A stretch of 64,000 nt of DNA from Candidatus Magasanikiibacteriota bacterium (GTDB lineage: Bacteria; Patescibacteriota; Patescibacteriia; Magasanikbacterales; UBA922), in contig JAKITS010000001.1 of assembly GCA_021648085.1 (NCBI GenBank), positions 618,759-682,758 of the forward strand. Direction: 5' to 3'. This document shows positions 10,407-21,191 of the stretch, one piece after another. The notes beneath the pieces were generated by a model. That model worked only from the letters and a program-made list of their open reading frames with translations, was not told the origin of the DNA and made no database searches. A program made the translations under genes and the position numbers. Every line of letters begins with the position of its first letter. Within the stretch, counting starts at the first letter, position 1.

Positions 10407-10868
10407 TTAAGAACGCTTTGTTTTTTTATTTAAAAGTTTTTTAAACTCAGAAAATAATTTTTCCAAATCTTTATCATCTTTTTCAAGAGATTGTAATAAA
10501 ACTTCCAACCCTTTAATTTCAAGAGAGACACCTCTTAATGACCAAATAATTTTGTGTCTATGTTTAAATTTATTTAATAAACTATCTTGCGATAATTTAC
10601 GCGAATAGAGTGTTTCTAAAATTCTATAATTTATAAAACTTATATTTTTTAAAGTTTTATTTTCTGCAGAATCCTGCAATTTAGAAAAGTACTCAAAAGA
10701 TTCTAACTTCTTTTTTTCATAATATGTTACATCTTTAAATAAAAACCTAAAAAAATTCTCAGTTAATCTTACTCTTTTTTGATTTAGTTTATAAAATTCA
10801 ATCAATCTTTCGAAAAAGAAAAGAAAACAACCAGCTAAAATTATAATCACAAAGATATAATAATACAT
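10407..10868 (-). CDS. Small membrane-anchored hypothetical protein (array member 3)
   Basis: 153 aa with an N-terminal TM helix. It lies 1 nt downstream of the 10870..11202 ORF, so the two are probably co-transcribed. Confidence 0.5.
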   Translation of the reverse strand: MYYYIFVIIILAGCFLFFFERLIEFYKLNQKRVRLTENFFRFLFKDVTYYEKKKLESFEYFSKLQDSAENKTLKNISFINYRILETLYSRKLSQDSLLNKFKHRHKIIWSLRGVSLEIKGLEVLLQSLEKDDKDLEKLFSEFKKLLNKKTKRS

Positions 10869-10869
10869 T

Positions 10870-11202
10870 TTAAAACTCCTTTTTTATTTTTTTCACAAAA
10901 TAAGATGATGTGAAATAAAGTAAAAATAAAATTATAGTAAAAATTAAAATTTTAGCACCATAAAACAATATATATGCGACTGTTAAAATAACTGCACCAG
11001 CCCCAAACAATCCACAAAAACTAGCGAGATAAAGAGATGGTTCTGAGATATTTTCGCTGTCAGTTTCAACCCTTATCAATAATGAAATCCACCTTGAAAA
11101 AAAATAAAGAGTTGTAAAAATGATAAACGAATAAAAAATATAAGTAGAAAGAGCAATCCCAAACAACATAATAACCTCCTTTGTTATTTTTATGTACTCC
11201 AT
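10870..11202 (-). CDS. Small polytopic membrane protein (array member 4; three predicted TM helices)
   Basis: 110 aa and very hydrophobic. An RBS aaaggagg precedes its ATG and a TTGACA/17-nt/TATCTT promoter lies just upstream. Confidence 0.5.
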   Translation of the reverse strand: MEYIKITKEVIMLFGIALSTYIFYSFIIFTTLYFFSRWISLLIRVETDSENISEPSLYLASFCGLFGAGAVILTVAYILFYGAKILIFTIILFLLYFTSSYFVKKIKKEF

Positions 11203-11259
11203 TAAAGATAAACTAAATTTTACTTTTTGTCAACAAAAAAGACGGCTTTTTTAAGCCGT

Positions 11260-12027
11260 CTATACCTCACACTCATCACCTTCTTCTACAATTTCCTTCT
11301 CATCCTCTCCTAACTCTGCAAAAATATCAAAATCCAACTCATGCTGAAGCTCGTCTATTCCAACCTGCCTATCTAAAAAATATTTCTCTGAAATATTTTT
11401 TAGAGTTGGAATAGTAAGATCACTATCAATATTAGACCTTTGTAAAAGCTGAATCATATCTATTTCATCCTCAAAATGAGATAAAGCAATATTACAATCT
11501 CCAATTTTATTCTTAACCTCTCTCAATTCGCCTACTAAATCAGCTATTTTGCAATTATTGGAATTCACAGCAATGTCTCCCAAATTATTACTATGCCTGC
11601 CTAAAATATCTAACTCTATTTTACGCTCCTCCAATTTAATTAATATTTTTTTAATCTCCCTTTTTCTTTTACACCAATAAGGTAGATGCCTAAAAATTAA
11701 ATCTTTTAAATACTCTCTTTCTTGCCAAAAATCTCTAGAACTCTCTTTTGGAATCTTATTAAACCTATGTTTCATTCTTCTTATGTAGCCATCGTCATAG
11801 TTTTTTTCTTGCTCTTCTGAAAAAGTTAACTCTTCTTTTTCCTTTTTCACACCAATTGCACCAAAAATTTTTAAAAGTATTACATCAAAAATATTATTTA
11901 AAAAATCAAAAATAGAAAAACCATTATTTTCTAATCTATTTGAAAATTTAAGATAAAACGCATAAAACAAAAATAAAAATATTATTAAAGTAAATATAAT
12001 ATAAAATAGATCCATTTTTCCCTCCAC
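11260..12027 (-). CDS. Membrane-anchored hypothetical protein (array member 5; N-terminal TM helix, long charged region with a highly acidic C-terminus)
   Basis: 255 aa. RBS ggaggg. Upstream promoter TTGACA, 17-nt spacer, TAAGTT with terminator hairpin aaaggcatc-ttcg-gatgccttt. Confidence 0.5.
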   Translation of the reverse strand: MEGKMDLFYIIFTLIIFLFLFYAFYLKFSNRLENNGFSIFDFLNNIFDVILLKIFGAIGVKKEKEELTFSEEQEKNYDDGYIRRMKHRFNKIPKESSRDFWQEREYLKDLIFRHLPYWCKRKREIKKILIKLEERKIELDILGRHSNNLGDIAVNSNNCKIADLVGELREVKNKIGDCNIALSHFEDEIDMIQLLQRSNIDSDLTIPTLKNISEKYFLDRQVGIDELQHELDFDIFAELGEDEKEIVEEGDECEV

Positions 12028-12133
12028 TAGTTTTAAAGATCTAAGTTAAACTTAGCCTAAAAAATATCCAATGTCAATTGAAAAAATATTTTTACAAAAA
12101 AAAGGCATCCGAAGATGCCTTTTGAAAAACTAC

Positions 12134-12862
12134 TTAAAATTTAATTCTATAACCAACCATACTAGGACTTATAACCAGAGAACTCAATAAACCCTCCTCT
12201 TCACCTGTTAAAGACATATCAAAAACCTTTTTTAACCCCTTGTACAGTGGATATATGGAAAGTCCAGAAAGAACCAAAATTGTACCCCGTACAGCCAACT
12301 TCTCCCACAGAGAAGTATATCCCATATACTTTTCAAACATAACCAAATCATTAGTAGGACTATCGTAACAAATACCAGAACAAACATCTCGTGTAAAATC
12401 AATCCAAGCACCAAATGCAAATACCCACAATCCAAGCTGTGCATACTGATTACTGGGTAAAACATCATATTGCTCCAAAATAACATATGAATACAATACA
12501 CTCACACTTGTAAACTTGGGAGAAATAAAAATTAATGCTTCAGGACCAGACCTAATTTTATCCGTAGACCTTCCAGAAACTCCAAAATGAAATCCATGTT
12601 TATTTATTCCTGGATATGGTTGAAATTTTTCTATTTCATAACCTTCAGAAAGTGCAACGATAGTATGCGTACCCTCATGAATAAATGTCTGTAGAAAAAA
12701 GTCAGATACCAACATTCCAACACCTACACCAATCAAGTCATAATTATCAGCTGTAGAATTTTCCAATTTTTCTTTTTCTACCACTTCAGCGTATATATTA
12801 TTTTCTATACACCCAAAAAATAAAATGCCTATGAAAAGAGAAACCCAAAACTTACTAAACAT
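12134..12862 (-). CDS. Secreted hypothetical protein with an HExxH motif (possible zinc metallopeptidase)
   Basis: 242 aa with an N-terminal signal-like hydrophobic segment and an IHEGTHT motif. Upstream promoter TTGACA, 17-nt spacer, TATTAT and RBS aaagaggtg. Confidence 0.5.
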   Translation of the reverse strand: MFSKFWVSLFIGILFFGCIENNIYAEVVEKEKLENSTADNYDLIGVGVGMLVSDFFLQTFIHEGTHTIVALSEGYEIEKFQPYPGINKHGFHFGVSGRSTDKIRSGPEALIFISPKFTSVSVLYSYVILEQYDVLPSNQYAQLGLWVFAFGAWIDFTRDVCSGICYDSPTNDLVMFEKYMGYTSLWEKLAVRGTILVLSGLSIYPLYKGLKKVFDMSLTGEEEGLLSSLVISPSMVGYRIKF

Positions 12863-13010
12863 CTAAACACCTCTTTTGTGTGTATGTTAACTAAAAATTT
12901 ACTTTTAAAGAACAGCTGATAATAACACAAAATAAGACTTTTGTCAAGTATGCAATTAGGTTTTTAAGTTGAATAAAACATTTAAATGTGCTATTATCAA
13001 TTAAACATAA

Positions 13011-14210
<1,200 letters not shown>

Positions 14211-14240
14211 TAAAAATTAACTAAGAATTATTTCCAAAAT

Positions 14241-14552
14241 TTGGAGGAAAAAGTGAGAAAACAAAAAACAAAATTAAGTGAAAAGTTAAATTATCTATCA
14301 ATTACCACAGCTTATTTAATTTTTTTCTTGGCAATGAATAAACTGCCTCATTTAAACAAAAGAAAGGTTCAGGTTAATAAAAAAGATACAATATCAATAA
14401 TGATTTTGGTCATTTCACTCTTTTCCACCTCTCCAATTTGGATTCCAATTTTAGCTCTTTCTGTATTTATCGCACATTTTGAAAACAAAAAAAGAGATAG
14501 AAATACCAAAAGAAGAGAATATAAAGTTAAAAACAGAAGTATTAAAACTTAA
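14241..14552 (+). CDS. Hypothetical small membrane protein (TTG start)
   Basis: 103 aa with two hydrophobic segments. Low-complexity basic C-terminus. Confidence 0.35.
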   Translation: MEEKVRKQKTKLSEKLNYLSITTAYLIFFLAMNKLPHLNKRKVQVNKKDTISIMILVISLFSTSPIWIPILALSVFIAHFENKKRDRNTKRREYKVKNRSIKT

Positions 14553-14637
14553 AAACAAAAAAAGAAAAATATTAAAACAAATAAAAAACATAAAAGCACA
14601 ATTATATTGCGCTTTTTTATTTTATTTTTTTAAAAAC

Positions 14638-15672
14638 TTACCTCAAATACCTATTCACATTTGCATTATGTTCTGCAAGAGTTTTTCCATATTTTACCTC
14701 ACCTTCAAAAGTTGTCATAAAATACCATTCTTCATTTTTTTCAGGATAAATCGCTGCGATTATAGATTCAATTCCTGGGTTTGAAATAGGCCCAAGCGGA
14801 AGCCCGGGATATTTATAAGTATTCCAAGCTGAATTTGTAGCTCTATCTACACTAGTTGTAAAAACATCGCCACTTTTCCCAATTGTATAATGAACTGTGG
14901 AATCCGCCTGAAAAGCCCAGCCTGCGTCGTAACGACGCCAAAACAAATCTGATACCTTTGCCTTATCTTTTTCACTCCTTACCTCTCGCTCCAAAATACT
15001 TGCCATTGTCAAAATTTCATAAAAACTAAATCCAGAATTTTTAATTTGTGCATACATTTCCTCGGTAATTTGAGAATTTCTATGGTCAACCAATTTCAAA
15101 ATTATTTCCTCGAGTTTAGCGTCTTTATAAATTCTATAAGTATCTGGCGCCAAATACCCTTCCAAATTTGCATATTTTGGCTTATCCTCCAAAACTTTTA
15201 AATCACTATTTACAGTCTCACCTCTTCTATCTAAAATTTTATAATTAAAAGCAGGTTTTCCTACCAATTGATAAAATTCTTCGGTTGTCGCAACCCCTTC
15301 TTTCTCAAAATATTCTGCAATTTCTCGCAAACCCCAACCTGGCAAAATGGTAATTTCCCTCTCTTCAAAACTTGGTCTATCTAATGCTGACACAACTCTC
15401 GCCAAAGTTATTGGAGTTTTCACCTCATAAGTTCCAGCTTGAATTTTTTTATCCATTTCTTTCAAAGCTATAAAACGAGTGAAAAGCCAAGAATGACGAA
15501 TTATCTGATCATTCTCCAGACGCTTTGCCAAAGCCGAAACACTTTCACCTTGCTCAATAGTAAAAACTACACTATCAGCTTCTCGCGCTGGCGCTCTATA
15601 AATTTCTGAAAACAAAAACCAGCCACCAGTGACTGCACAAATTAGAAATAATGTAGAAACAATTTTAATCAT
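14638..15672 (-). CDS. mltG: Endolytic murein transglycosylase MltG (YceG family)
   Basis: 344 aa with an N-terminal TM helix. The blocks LPGWGLREIA and the C-terminal PGLPLGPISNPG signature are typical of the YceG/MltG family. Confidence 0.8.
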   Translation of the reverse strand: MIKIVSTLFLICAVTGGWFLFSEIYRAPAREADSVVFTIEQGESVSALAKRLENDQIIRHSWLFTRFIALKEMDKKIQAGTYEVKTPITLARVVSALDRPSFEEREITILPGWGLREIAEYFEKEGVATTEEFYQLVGKPAFNYKILDRRGETVNSDLKVLEDKPKYANLEGYLAPDTYRIYKDAKLEEIILKLVDHRNSQITEEMYAQIKNSGFSFYEILTMASILEREVRSEKDKAKVSDLFWRRYDAGWAFQADSTVHYTIGKSGDVFTTSVDRATNSAWNTYKYPGLPLGPISNPGIESIIAAIYPEKNEEWYFMTTFEGEVKYGKTLAEHNANVNRYLR

Positions 15673-15683
15673 AAAATAAAAAT

Positions 15684-16382
15684 TTAAACCTCTTTAAAAA
15701 TCTTCCAATTTTCATTTGCCCAAGCCAATCGCTCTGGCACACCAATATCTATCCACGGATGTTCAGACTCATAAACATGCAAATTATTCATATTTGGAAA
15801 CATATCGTATTCAACACTAAACGCGTCTTTTTCTGGAAAATATTTACTGACCTGAGGATTGAACAAATATACTCCTCCATTTATAAAACCTACAATTTTC
15901 TTACCTTCTTTTTCTTTAAATTCTTTTATCTGCTTATCATCGCCATAAAATAAAGTTCCATAACTAGAAGCATTTTCAACTTTTGAACCCAAAATTATTC
16001 CATCTGAGTCATCTTTTAAATTTTTATATATATCTGCAAAATCCACAGTTGTCAAAACATCACCATTCAAAATCCAAGTTGGCTTATTTTTTTTTGTAAT
16101 ATAATTCATTGAAAATTTAATTGCACCGCCAGTTCCAAGCCTTGTTGGTTCAATTGCATAAATTATTTTTATACCATTCCAACTTTCACCTACATGATTT
16201 CTTAAAACATCGGACAAATGTCCTGCCGCCAAAACAACTTCTTCCACACCCAATTTGGCAAATTTTTCCATTTGCCAATCAAATACAGTTTTGTTTCCAA
16301 TTTTTATCAAAACTTTTGGTGTGGTTTTTACAATTTCCCCAAGCCTACTTCCAATACCACCACACAAAATAATTGCGTTCAT
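15684..16382 (-). CDS. Sugar-phosphate nucleotidyltransferase (NTP-transferase family)
   Basis: 232 aa with the N-terminal LCGGIGSRLG motif characteristic of glucose-/mannose-1-phosphate nucleotidyltransferases. Confidence 0.7.
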   Translation of the reverse strand: MNAIILCGGIGSRLGEIVKTTPKVLIKIGNKTVFDWQMEKFAKLGVEEVVLAAGHLSDVLRNHVGESWNGIKIIYAIEPTRLGTGGAIKFSMNYITKKNKPTWILNGDVLTTVDFADIYKNLKDDSDGIILGSKVENASSYGTLFYGDDKQIKEFKEKEGKKIVGFINGGVYLFNPQVSKYFPEKDAFSVEYDMFPNMNNLHVYESEHPWIDIGVPERLAWANENWKIFKEV

Positions 16383-16386
16383 AAAA

Positions 16387-16926
16387 TTAAAATACTAATA
16401 TTAAAGTCAAGAAAAATGATAACGGTGAGATAATTAAAGCTAGTAAAAATCCACCAAAAATATCGTAAGGATAATGGACCCCCACATAAACTCTTCCATA
16501 ACCTACCACAGCCGACAATAAAAATAAAGCTAAAACGAAGAAAAAACTAGCACCAAAATATAATGGCATTAGAGCAAACAAAAAAGATATTAAAGTGTGA
16601 TCTGAAGGAAAACTTTTCCAAGTTTGAAACGGTATTATTAATTGTTTTATATCTTTGAGTACAGCAATAGGTCTCTTTTGTGACCAAAATAAAGAAATTG
16701 TAAAACTAGCAATAAGTCCAAAAAATATTGAAATCCCCAAAGCCAAAAACATAAACCAAAATGTCACTGAACCATTGAATTTGAAATATCCCCACAAAAT
16801 TACAATTGCAGAAATTACATAAATAAGCCAAGATGAAGCAAAATACATTGCAAAATCAAGTTTCTCATTTTGACCAACTTTATTGTTCACTTTAAAAAAC
16901 TCTTTATAATTCCACGAAGTTTTCAT
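16387..16926 (-). CDS. PAP2-family membrane phosphatase (undecaprenyl-diphosphatase-like)
   Basis: 179 aa, polytopic. The PAP2 motifs KRP (WSQKRPIAV), PSDHT and GVHYPYD are present. Confidence 0.7.
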   Translation of the reverse strand: MKTSWNYKEFFKVNNKVGQNEKLDFAMYFASSWLIYVISAIVILWGYFKFNGSVTFWFMFLALGISIFFGLIASFTISLFWSQKRPIAVLKDIKQLIIPFQTWKSFPSDHTLISFLFALMPLYFGASFFFVLALFLLSAVVGYGRVYVGVHYPYDIFGGFLLALIISPLSFFLTLILVF

Positions 16927-16937
16927 ATTGTTTAAAA

Positions 16938-17474
16938 TTATGAATTTACTTTTAAATATCTTAAAACTTTTTCAGCACAAATAGTAGAACCAATATCATG
17001 GATTTTGTTTTCATCCAAAAGTTTTTCCAATTCTTCTAGCGAAATAAACTCAACTGAAATATCTTCCAAACTTTCAAGCTTTTGCTCCAAATTCTGCTCT
17101 ATTCCTTTTGCCAAGTAGAAATGTGCTTTTCCAATTGCCCACTTACTTTTATGCGAATTCCCAAGATAAATTAATTCTTTTGCAGAGCATCCAGCCTCTT
17201 CCTGCAATTCATGTTTTATTGTTTCTTCTGCTGACTTACTATCAACAAAACCAGCCACAAAAGTTTTCAAATATTCTTGTTGACCAATACAATATTGAGT
17301 AAGAAGTAAAATCTTATTGTCGTCTGTCAATCCACAGACAACTACAGAATCTCCAAGCAAAGAAATATAAACCTCGTCTTCTATTGTATTTTTATGTGTC
17401 TGGACTTTCCAATTTTCCACTTTCCTCCATTTAGATGGCGATACATCTTTTTTTTCTATTATTTTCCAACTCAT
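16938..17474 (-). CDS. NUDIX hydrolase
   Basis: 178 aa. Nudix box GFVDSKSAEETIKHELQEEAG. Confidence 0.75.
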   Translation of the reverse strand: MSWKIIEKKDVSPSKWRKVENWKVQTHKNTIEDEVYISLLGDSVVVCGLTDDNKILLLTQYCIGQQEYLKTFVAGFVDSKSAEETIKHELQEEAGCSAKELIYLGNSHKSKWAIGKAHFYLAKGIEQNLEQKLESLEDISVEFISLEELEKLLDENKIHDIGSTICAEKVLRYLKVNS

Positions 17475-17477
17475 ATT

Positions 17478-18461
17478 TTATCTTAGAATTTTGTGAATTA
17501 CCTTATACAAAAAATATTTAAAACCACTAAAAACAACATCAACTGCTTCTGGATAATTTTTCGGTTTACCGCCAAAACCAACTTTAAACCTTGTCACACC
17601 AGCCCAAGAGTGAAATTCATTCCAACACCAACCATTTGAACAATTTTTCTCTTCTCCACTTCCCTCCTTTTCTGCAGGTGCTGTTCCCCAAAAATCATAT
17701 TTTTCAAATCCATTTTCTTTTGCTTTTTGAATTACATCCCACTGAAGCTTGTACGGTGACATAACCTTACGATACTCATAATCCGAAGCTCCGTGCAGAT
17801 AAGTTGTCATATCACCCCACTCTACTATCAAATTTGATGCTACGGGCACACCTTCCAGATAAGCTACATACTGTTTTACAAAAGAAAGTTGCAACATTTC
17901 TGCATAATAATTTTTACTATGACTTTTTATCTTTTGTCTTGCGCTTGTTTTTTCCACCAAATTCCAAAAAATATCAATATCTTTACTTTCTCTTATCTCT
18001 ACACCTTTTTTACTTGCAAGTCTTATGTTATATCTAGTTTTACTATGCATTTCTTTTTGCAGATCTTCCTCACTGTTCTTTAAATTCAAAATCCAAGTAT
18101 TTTCTGGTTGTCTATTTTTTATTTTTTTTGCCTTAAACTTAGTTTTCACTTTTTTTTCTATATATTCAATTCTTACAAAGCTAAAACCTTTTTTCTTTAA
18201 AAATTCAAAAAGCAACTGCATTTCTTTTCTATTTGCAGAAATTCTAGGTAAATAAAGATATTTTATAAATTTTAAATTCTGGACAACTCCTTGAAATTGA
18301 TTTACAACTTTTTCACCATCCAAAACCTGAATTCGCAATATATTTTCCCCAGCTTTTTTTTTAAACTCACCCCACTGATAAACCTGCAAAAACTCAGACT
18401 TACTCTCTAAGTTTTTATTCCACTCACTTTTATTTTCACAAATTTTTACTTTCATATACAT
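17478..18461 (-). CDS. FemAB-family peptidoglycan interpeptide-bridge aminoacyltransferase
   Basis: 327 aa. Blocks GASDYEYRKVMSPYKLQWDVI and GVTRFKVGFGG match the FemAB / lipid II aminoacyltransferase family. Confidence 0.7.
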   Translation of the reverse strand: MYMKVKICENKSEWNKNLESKSEFLQVYQWGEFKKKAGENILRIQVLDGEKVVNQFQGVVQNLKFIKYLYLPRISANRKEMQLLFEFLKKKGFSFVRIEYIEKKVKTKFKAKKIKNRQPENTWILNLKNSEEDLQKEMHSKTRYNIRLASKKGVEIRESKDIDIFWNLVEKTSARQKIKSHSKNYYAEMLQLSFVKQYVAYLEGVPVASNLIVEWGDMTTYLHGASDYEYRKVMSPYKLQWDVIQKAKENGFEKYDFWGTAPAEKEGSGEEKNCSNGWCWNEFHSWAGVTRFKVGFGGKPKNYPEAVDVVFSGFKYFLYKVIHKILR

Positions 18462-18570
18462 ATATACTACCTGATTTTACTAGTTTAAATCAAGAACTTC
18501 ACACTTTGACTTGATTTTTTTCCAAATATGGTTTATAATAATCCCGTTTTACGATATAATAAATATAAAT

Positions 18571-18735
18571 ATGGGACTTCCATCAAAACAAAGAACTTCG
18601 CGTTCAAAAAAAGAGAGAGCATCTCATTTTGCACTTAAAAAGACAATGTTGTCTAAATGTGAAAAATGTAGTGCTACCACTATGCCACACAAAGCTTGCG
18701 GAAAATGTGGCACTTATAAAGGTAAAAAAGTTTAA
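18571..18735 (+). CDS. rpmF: 50S ribosomal protein L32 (start at the internal ATG; the ORF track begins 60 nt upstream)
   Basis: MGLPSKQRTSRSKKERASHFALK...CEKC...CGKCGTYKGKKV matches the L32 N-terminus and zinc ribbon. Confidence 0.85.
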   Translation: MGLPSKQRTSRSKKERASHFALKKTMLSKCEKCSATTMPHKACGKCGTYKGKKV

Positions 18736-18744
18736 CAAAACTAT

Positions 18745-19218
18745 ATGTCTAATAGACACCTCGCTCGTTCAATAGTAATGCAATGTCTTTATCAATGGGA
18801 TTTCAGAGAAAAACCAAGCTCTGCTCTTCCTGCAATTGTCGACCAAATGACCGAAGAATTTGGTATTGGTTTAGATGAAAACAAGAAGTATATTTTGGCA
18901 ACTGTCATGGATACTGTGAAAAATATAGATGAAATTGACAAAATTATTTCAAAGTATACAATAAACTGGCCAATAAACCAGATTACCTTGATAGACCGAG
19001 CGATACTTCGAATTGGTGTCTATGAGTTAAAATTCAACAAAGAAATTCCAGCAAAAGTAGCTATAAACGAAGCAATTGAAATTGCAAAAAGTTATGGTGG
19101 CCCCTCGTCTGGAAAATTTGTAAACGGTATTTTGGGTGCATTATTCAACGAAATGACAAAAAACGGAGAAGTTGTAGAAATTCCAAAAAAAGAAAAAACA
19201 CCTGAAGATAAAAAATAA
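18745..19218 (+). CDS. nusB: Transcription antitermination factor NusB
   Basis: 157 aa with NusB family blocks. It lies in the rpmF-nusB-rnc arrangement. Confidence 0.8.
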   Translation: MSNRHLARSIVMQCLYQWDFREKPSSALPAIVDQMTEEFGIGLDENKKYILATVMDTVKNIDEIDKIISKYTINWPINQITLIDRAILRIGVYELKFNKEIPAKVAINEAIEIAKSYGGPSSGKFVNGILGALFNEMTKNGEVVEIPKKEKTPEDKK

Positions 19219-19222
19219 AATT

Positions 19223-19969
19223 ATGATAAATGAAATGTACGAGAAAAAAAACTTCTCTGAAATTGAAAAGAAAACCGGTATCAAATTTAATGATCCAAAC
19301 AATCTTGTACAGGCATTTGTTCACAGGTCTTATTTAAATGAAAATAGAGATTTTTCTCTACCACACAATGAAAGATTGGAATTTTTGGGAGACGCAGTTT
19401 TAGAAATTGTAGTCACGGAGTATTTATTTGACACTTTCCTAAATCCAGAAGGAGAATTGACAAGCTGGAGAGCATCTCTTGTAAACGCAAAAATGTGCTC
19501 ACGAATTGCAAGCGAAATTGGTATGAACAATTTTATGCTACTAAGTCGCGGTGAGTCAAAAGATGTAAGCAGTAAAGCTCGCGAATATATTCTTGCAAAT
19601 GCACTTGAAGCTTTTATTGGTTCTATATATTATGATCAAGGCTGGGATTCTGCCAAAAAATTTATTCACGAATGGGTTATTTCAAAACTAGACAATGTTT
19701 TGGAAAATAATTTGTGGATAGATCCAAAATCTAGATTTCAAGAATCTGCACAAGAAAAACTGGGCATAACCCCAACATACAAAGTATTGAACGAGGAAGG
19801 GCCTGACCACAACAAAGATTTTACAGTTGGAGCTTTTTTAAACAAAGAAAAAATTGCCGAAGGAAAAGGAACTAGTAAACAAGAAGCTCAAACTTCAGCA
19901 GCAGAAGAAGCATTAAAAGTAAAAAAATGGAAAGGTTCTGAGGTTAAAATTTTAAAAAGAAATAAATAA
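19223..19969 (+). CDS. rnc: Ribonuclease III
   Basis: 248 aa. RNase III signature ERLEFLGDAVLEIVV and a C-terminal dsRBD. Confidence 0.9.
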   Translation: MINEMYEKKNFSEIEKKTGIKFNDPNNLVQAFVHRSYLNENRDFSLPHNERLEFLGDAVLEIVVTEYLFDTFLNPEGELTSWRASLVNAKMCSRIASEIGMNNFMLLSRGESKDVSSKAREYILANALEAFIGSIYYDQGWDSAKKFIHEWVISKLDNVLENNLWIDPKSRFQESAQEKLGITPTYKVLNEEGPDHNKDFTVGAFLNKEKIAEGKGTSKQEAQTSAAEEALKVKKWKGSEVKILKRNK

Positions 19970-19993
19970 CTGTCCCCACTTAATTCTTAAAAA

Positions 19994-20066
19994 GCGCCTA
20001 TAGCTCAGTTGGTAGAGCAGTTGCCTCTTAAGCAAACGGTCGCAGGTTCGAATCCTGCTGGGCGCA
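19994..20066 (+). tRNA. tRNA-Lys (anticodon CUU)
   Basis: Manual cloverleaf: acceptor GCGCCTA/TGGGCGC, D-arm GCTC-AGTTGGTA-GAGC, anticodon loop CTCTTAA, T-arm GCAGG-TTCGAAT-CCTGC. Nearly collinear with E. coli tRNA-Lys. CCA is not encoded. Confidence 0.85.
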
Positions 20067-20146
20067 CAAAATAAGACATGGTGCATAATACAGATAGCAT
20101 GATACATTGTTATACTAGTTGTATTATGTGCCATGTTTTTATATGC

Positions 20147-20218
20147 GCTCTTGTAGTGAAATGGATATCACCCTTGGCTTCGGACCAAGTATTCTAGGTT
20201 CGAATCCTAGCGAGAGCA
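20147..20218 (+). tRNA. tRNA-Arg (anticodon UCG)
   Basis: Manual fold: acceptor GCTCTTG/CGAGAGC (one G-U pair), D-arm GTGA-AATGGATA-TCAC, anticodon stem CTTGG/CCAAG with loop CTTCGGA, T-arm CTAGG-TTCGAAT-CCTAG. Confidence 0.7.
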
Positions 20219-20275
20219 CAAAATAATAAATTAATTGTTAAGACTAATTTAAATTTATTTAATTATATAGCTGAC

Positions 20276-21118
20276 ATGTTTTTAACAGAAAAACAATTAA
20301 CAGAAAAAAGCTACTATAACTCGATAGTTCACGATAAATGGGATAGTAAATCTTTATTAGTTGAAAGAGATAACCCTCCTTTTAGTGACTATAGTGGAGA
20401 TTTATTTGATTGTGCTAAAAAATATATAAGCGATTTTAAAAATAAAACTATTTTAGAAATAGGTTGTGGGAATGGTGAAATAAGTGTATGGTTTGCCAAA
20501 AATGGTGCAAATGTCTATGGATTAGATATAAGCGATGAAAGCATATCTATAGCAAAGCGTCGATCTATAGAAAATGAAGTTTCAGAAAAAACTAATTTTT
20601 CTGTATCTCCAGCAGAAAATACAAATTTTCAAGATAATTTTTTTGATATTGTATTTATAAATGTATCACTACATCATTTAGAAGTAGAAAAAGCACTAAA
20701 TGAAATAAAAAGAATACTAAAACCAAATGGAATTTTTGTAACAATAGAACCTTTTGTTTTTTCAAACACAATACAAAAAATAAGAACATCAAAACTTATT
20801 GTTAGACTATACCCAATAAGACAAGAAACACCAACAGAAAGAATTTTATTCCAAAATGATCTAAAATTAATACAAAACATATTCTCCACGGTAGAATACA
20901 AACCATACAGAATTTTTAGTTTATTTATACTTAAAATTAAACCTCTATTTTTTTTATTAGCCGACATATTTCACCAAAAAGAACTTAGTATAGAAAATAG
21001 ACGCCGCCTAATGAATAGAAAAATCCAAAATATAGACGAAGCAATTTTAAGATATCTACCTTTTATGAAATTCCTGTCAAGATATATAGTTATTAAAGCC
21101 AAAATAAATAAACTATAA
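20276..21118 (+). CDS. Class I SAM-dependent methyltransferase
   Basis: 280 aa. Motif I ILEIGCGNGEIS, an acidic residue after beta2 (LDISDE), and motif IV-like IVFINVSLHHL. Confidence 0.7.
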   Translation: MFLTEKQLTEKSYYNSIVHDKWDSKSLLVERDNPPFSDYSGDLFDCAKKYISDFKNKTILEIGCGNGEISVWFAKNGANVYGLDISDESISIAKRRSIENEVSEKTNFSVSPAENTNFQDNFFDIVFINVSLHHLEVEKALNEIKRILKPNGIFVTIEPFVFSNTIQKIRTSKLIVRLYPIRQETPTERILFQNDLKLIQNIFSTVEYKPYRIFSLFILKIKPLFFLLADIFHQKELSIENRRRLMNRKIQNIDEAILRYLPFMKFLSRYIVIKAKINKL

Positions 21119-21191
21119 AAAATATTTTTTGCACAAAAGACTTTTTTCTGATAAGTTTAAATTAAGTTCTTTTACAAAAAGGGAGGAGAAA

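Noticed and set aside
19952-20134. 60-aa ORF on the minus strand
   Set aside because: It overlaps tRNA-Lys and the tRNA spacer and has no expression signals.
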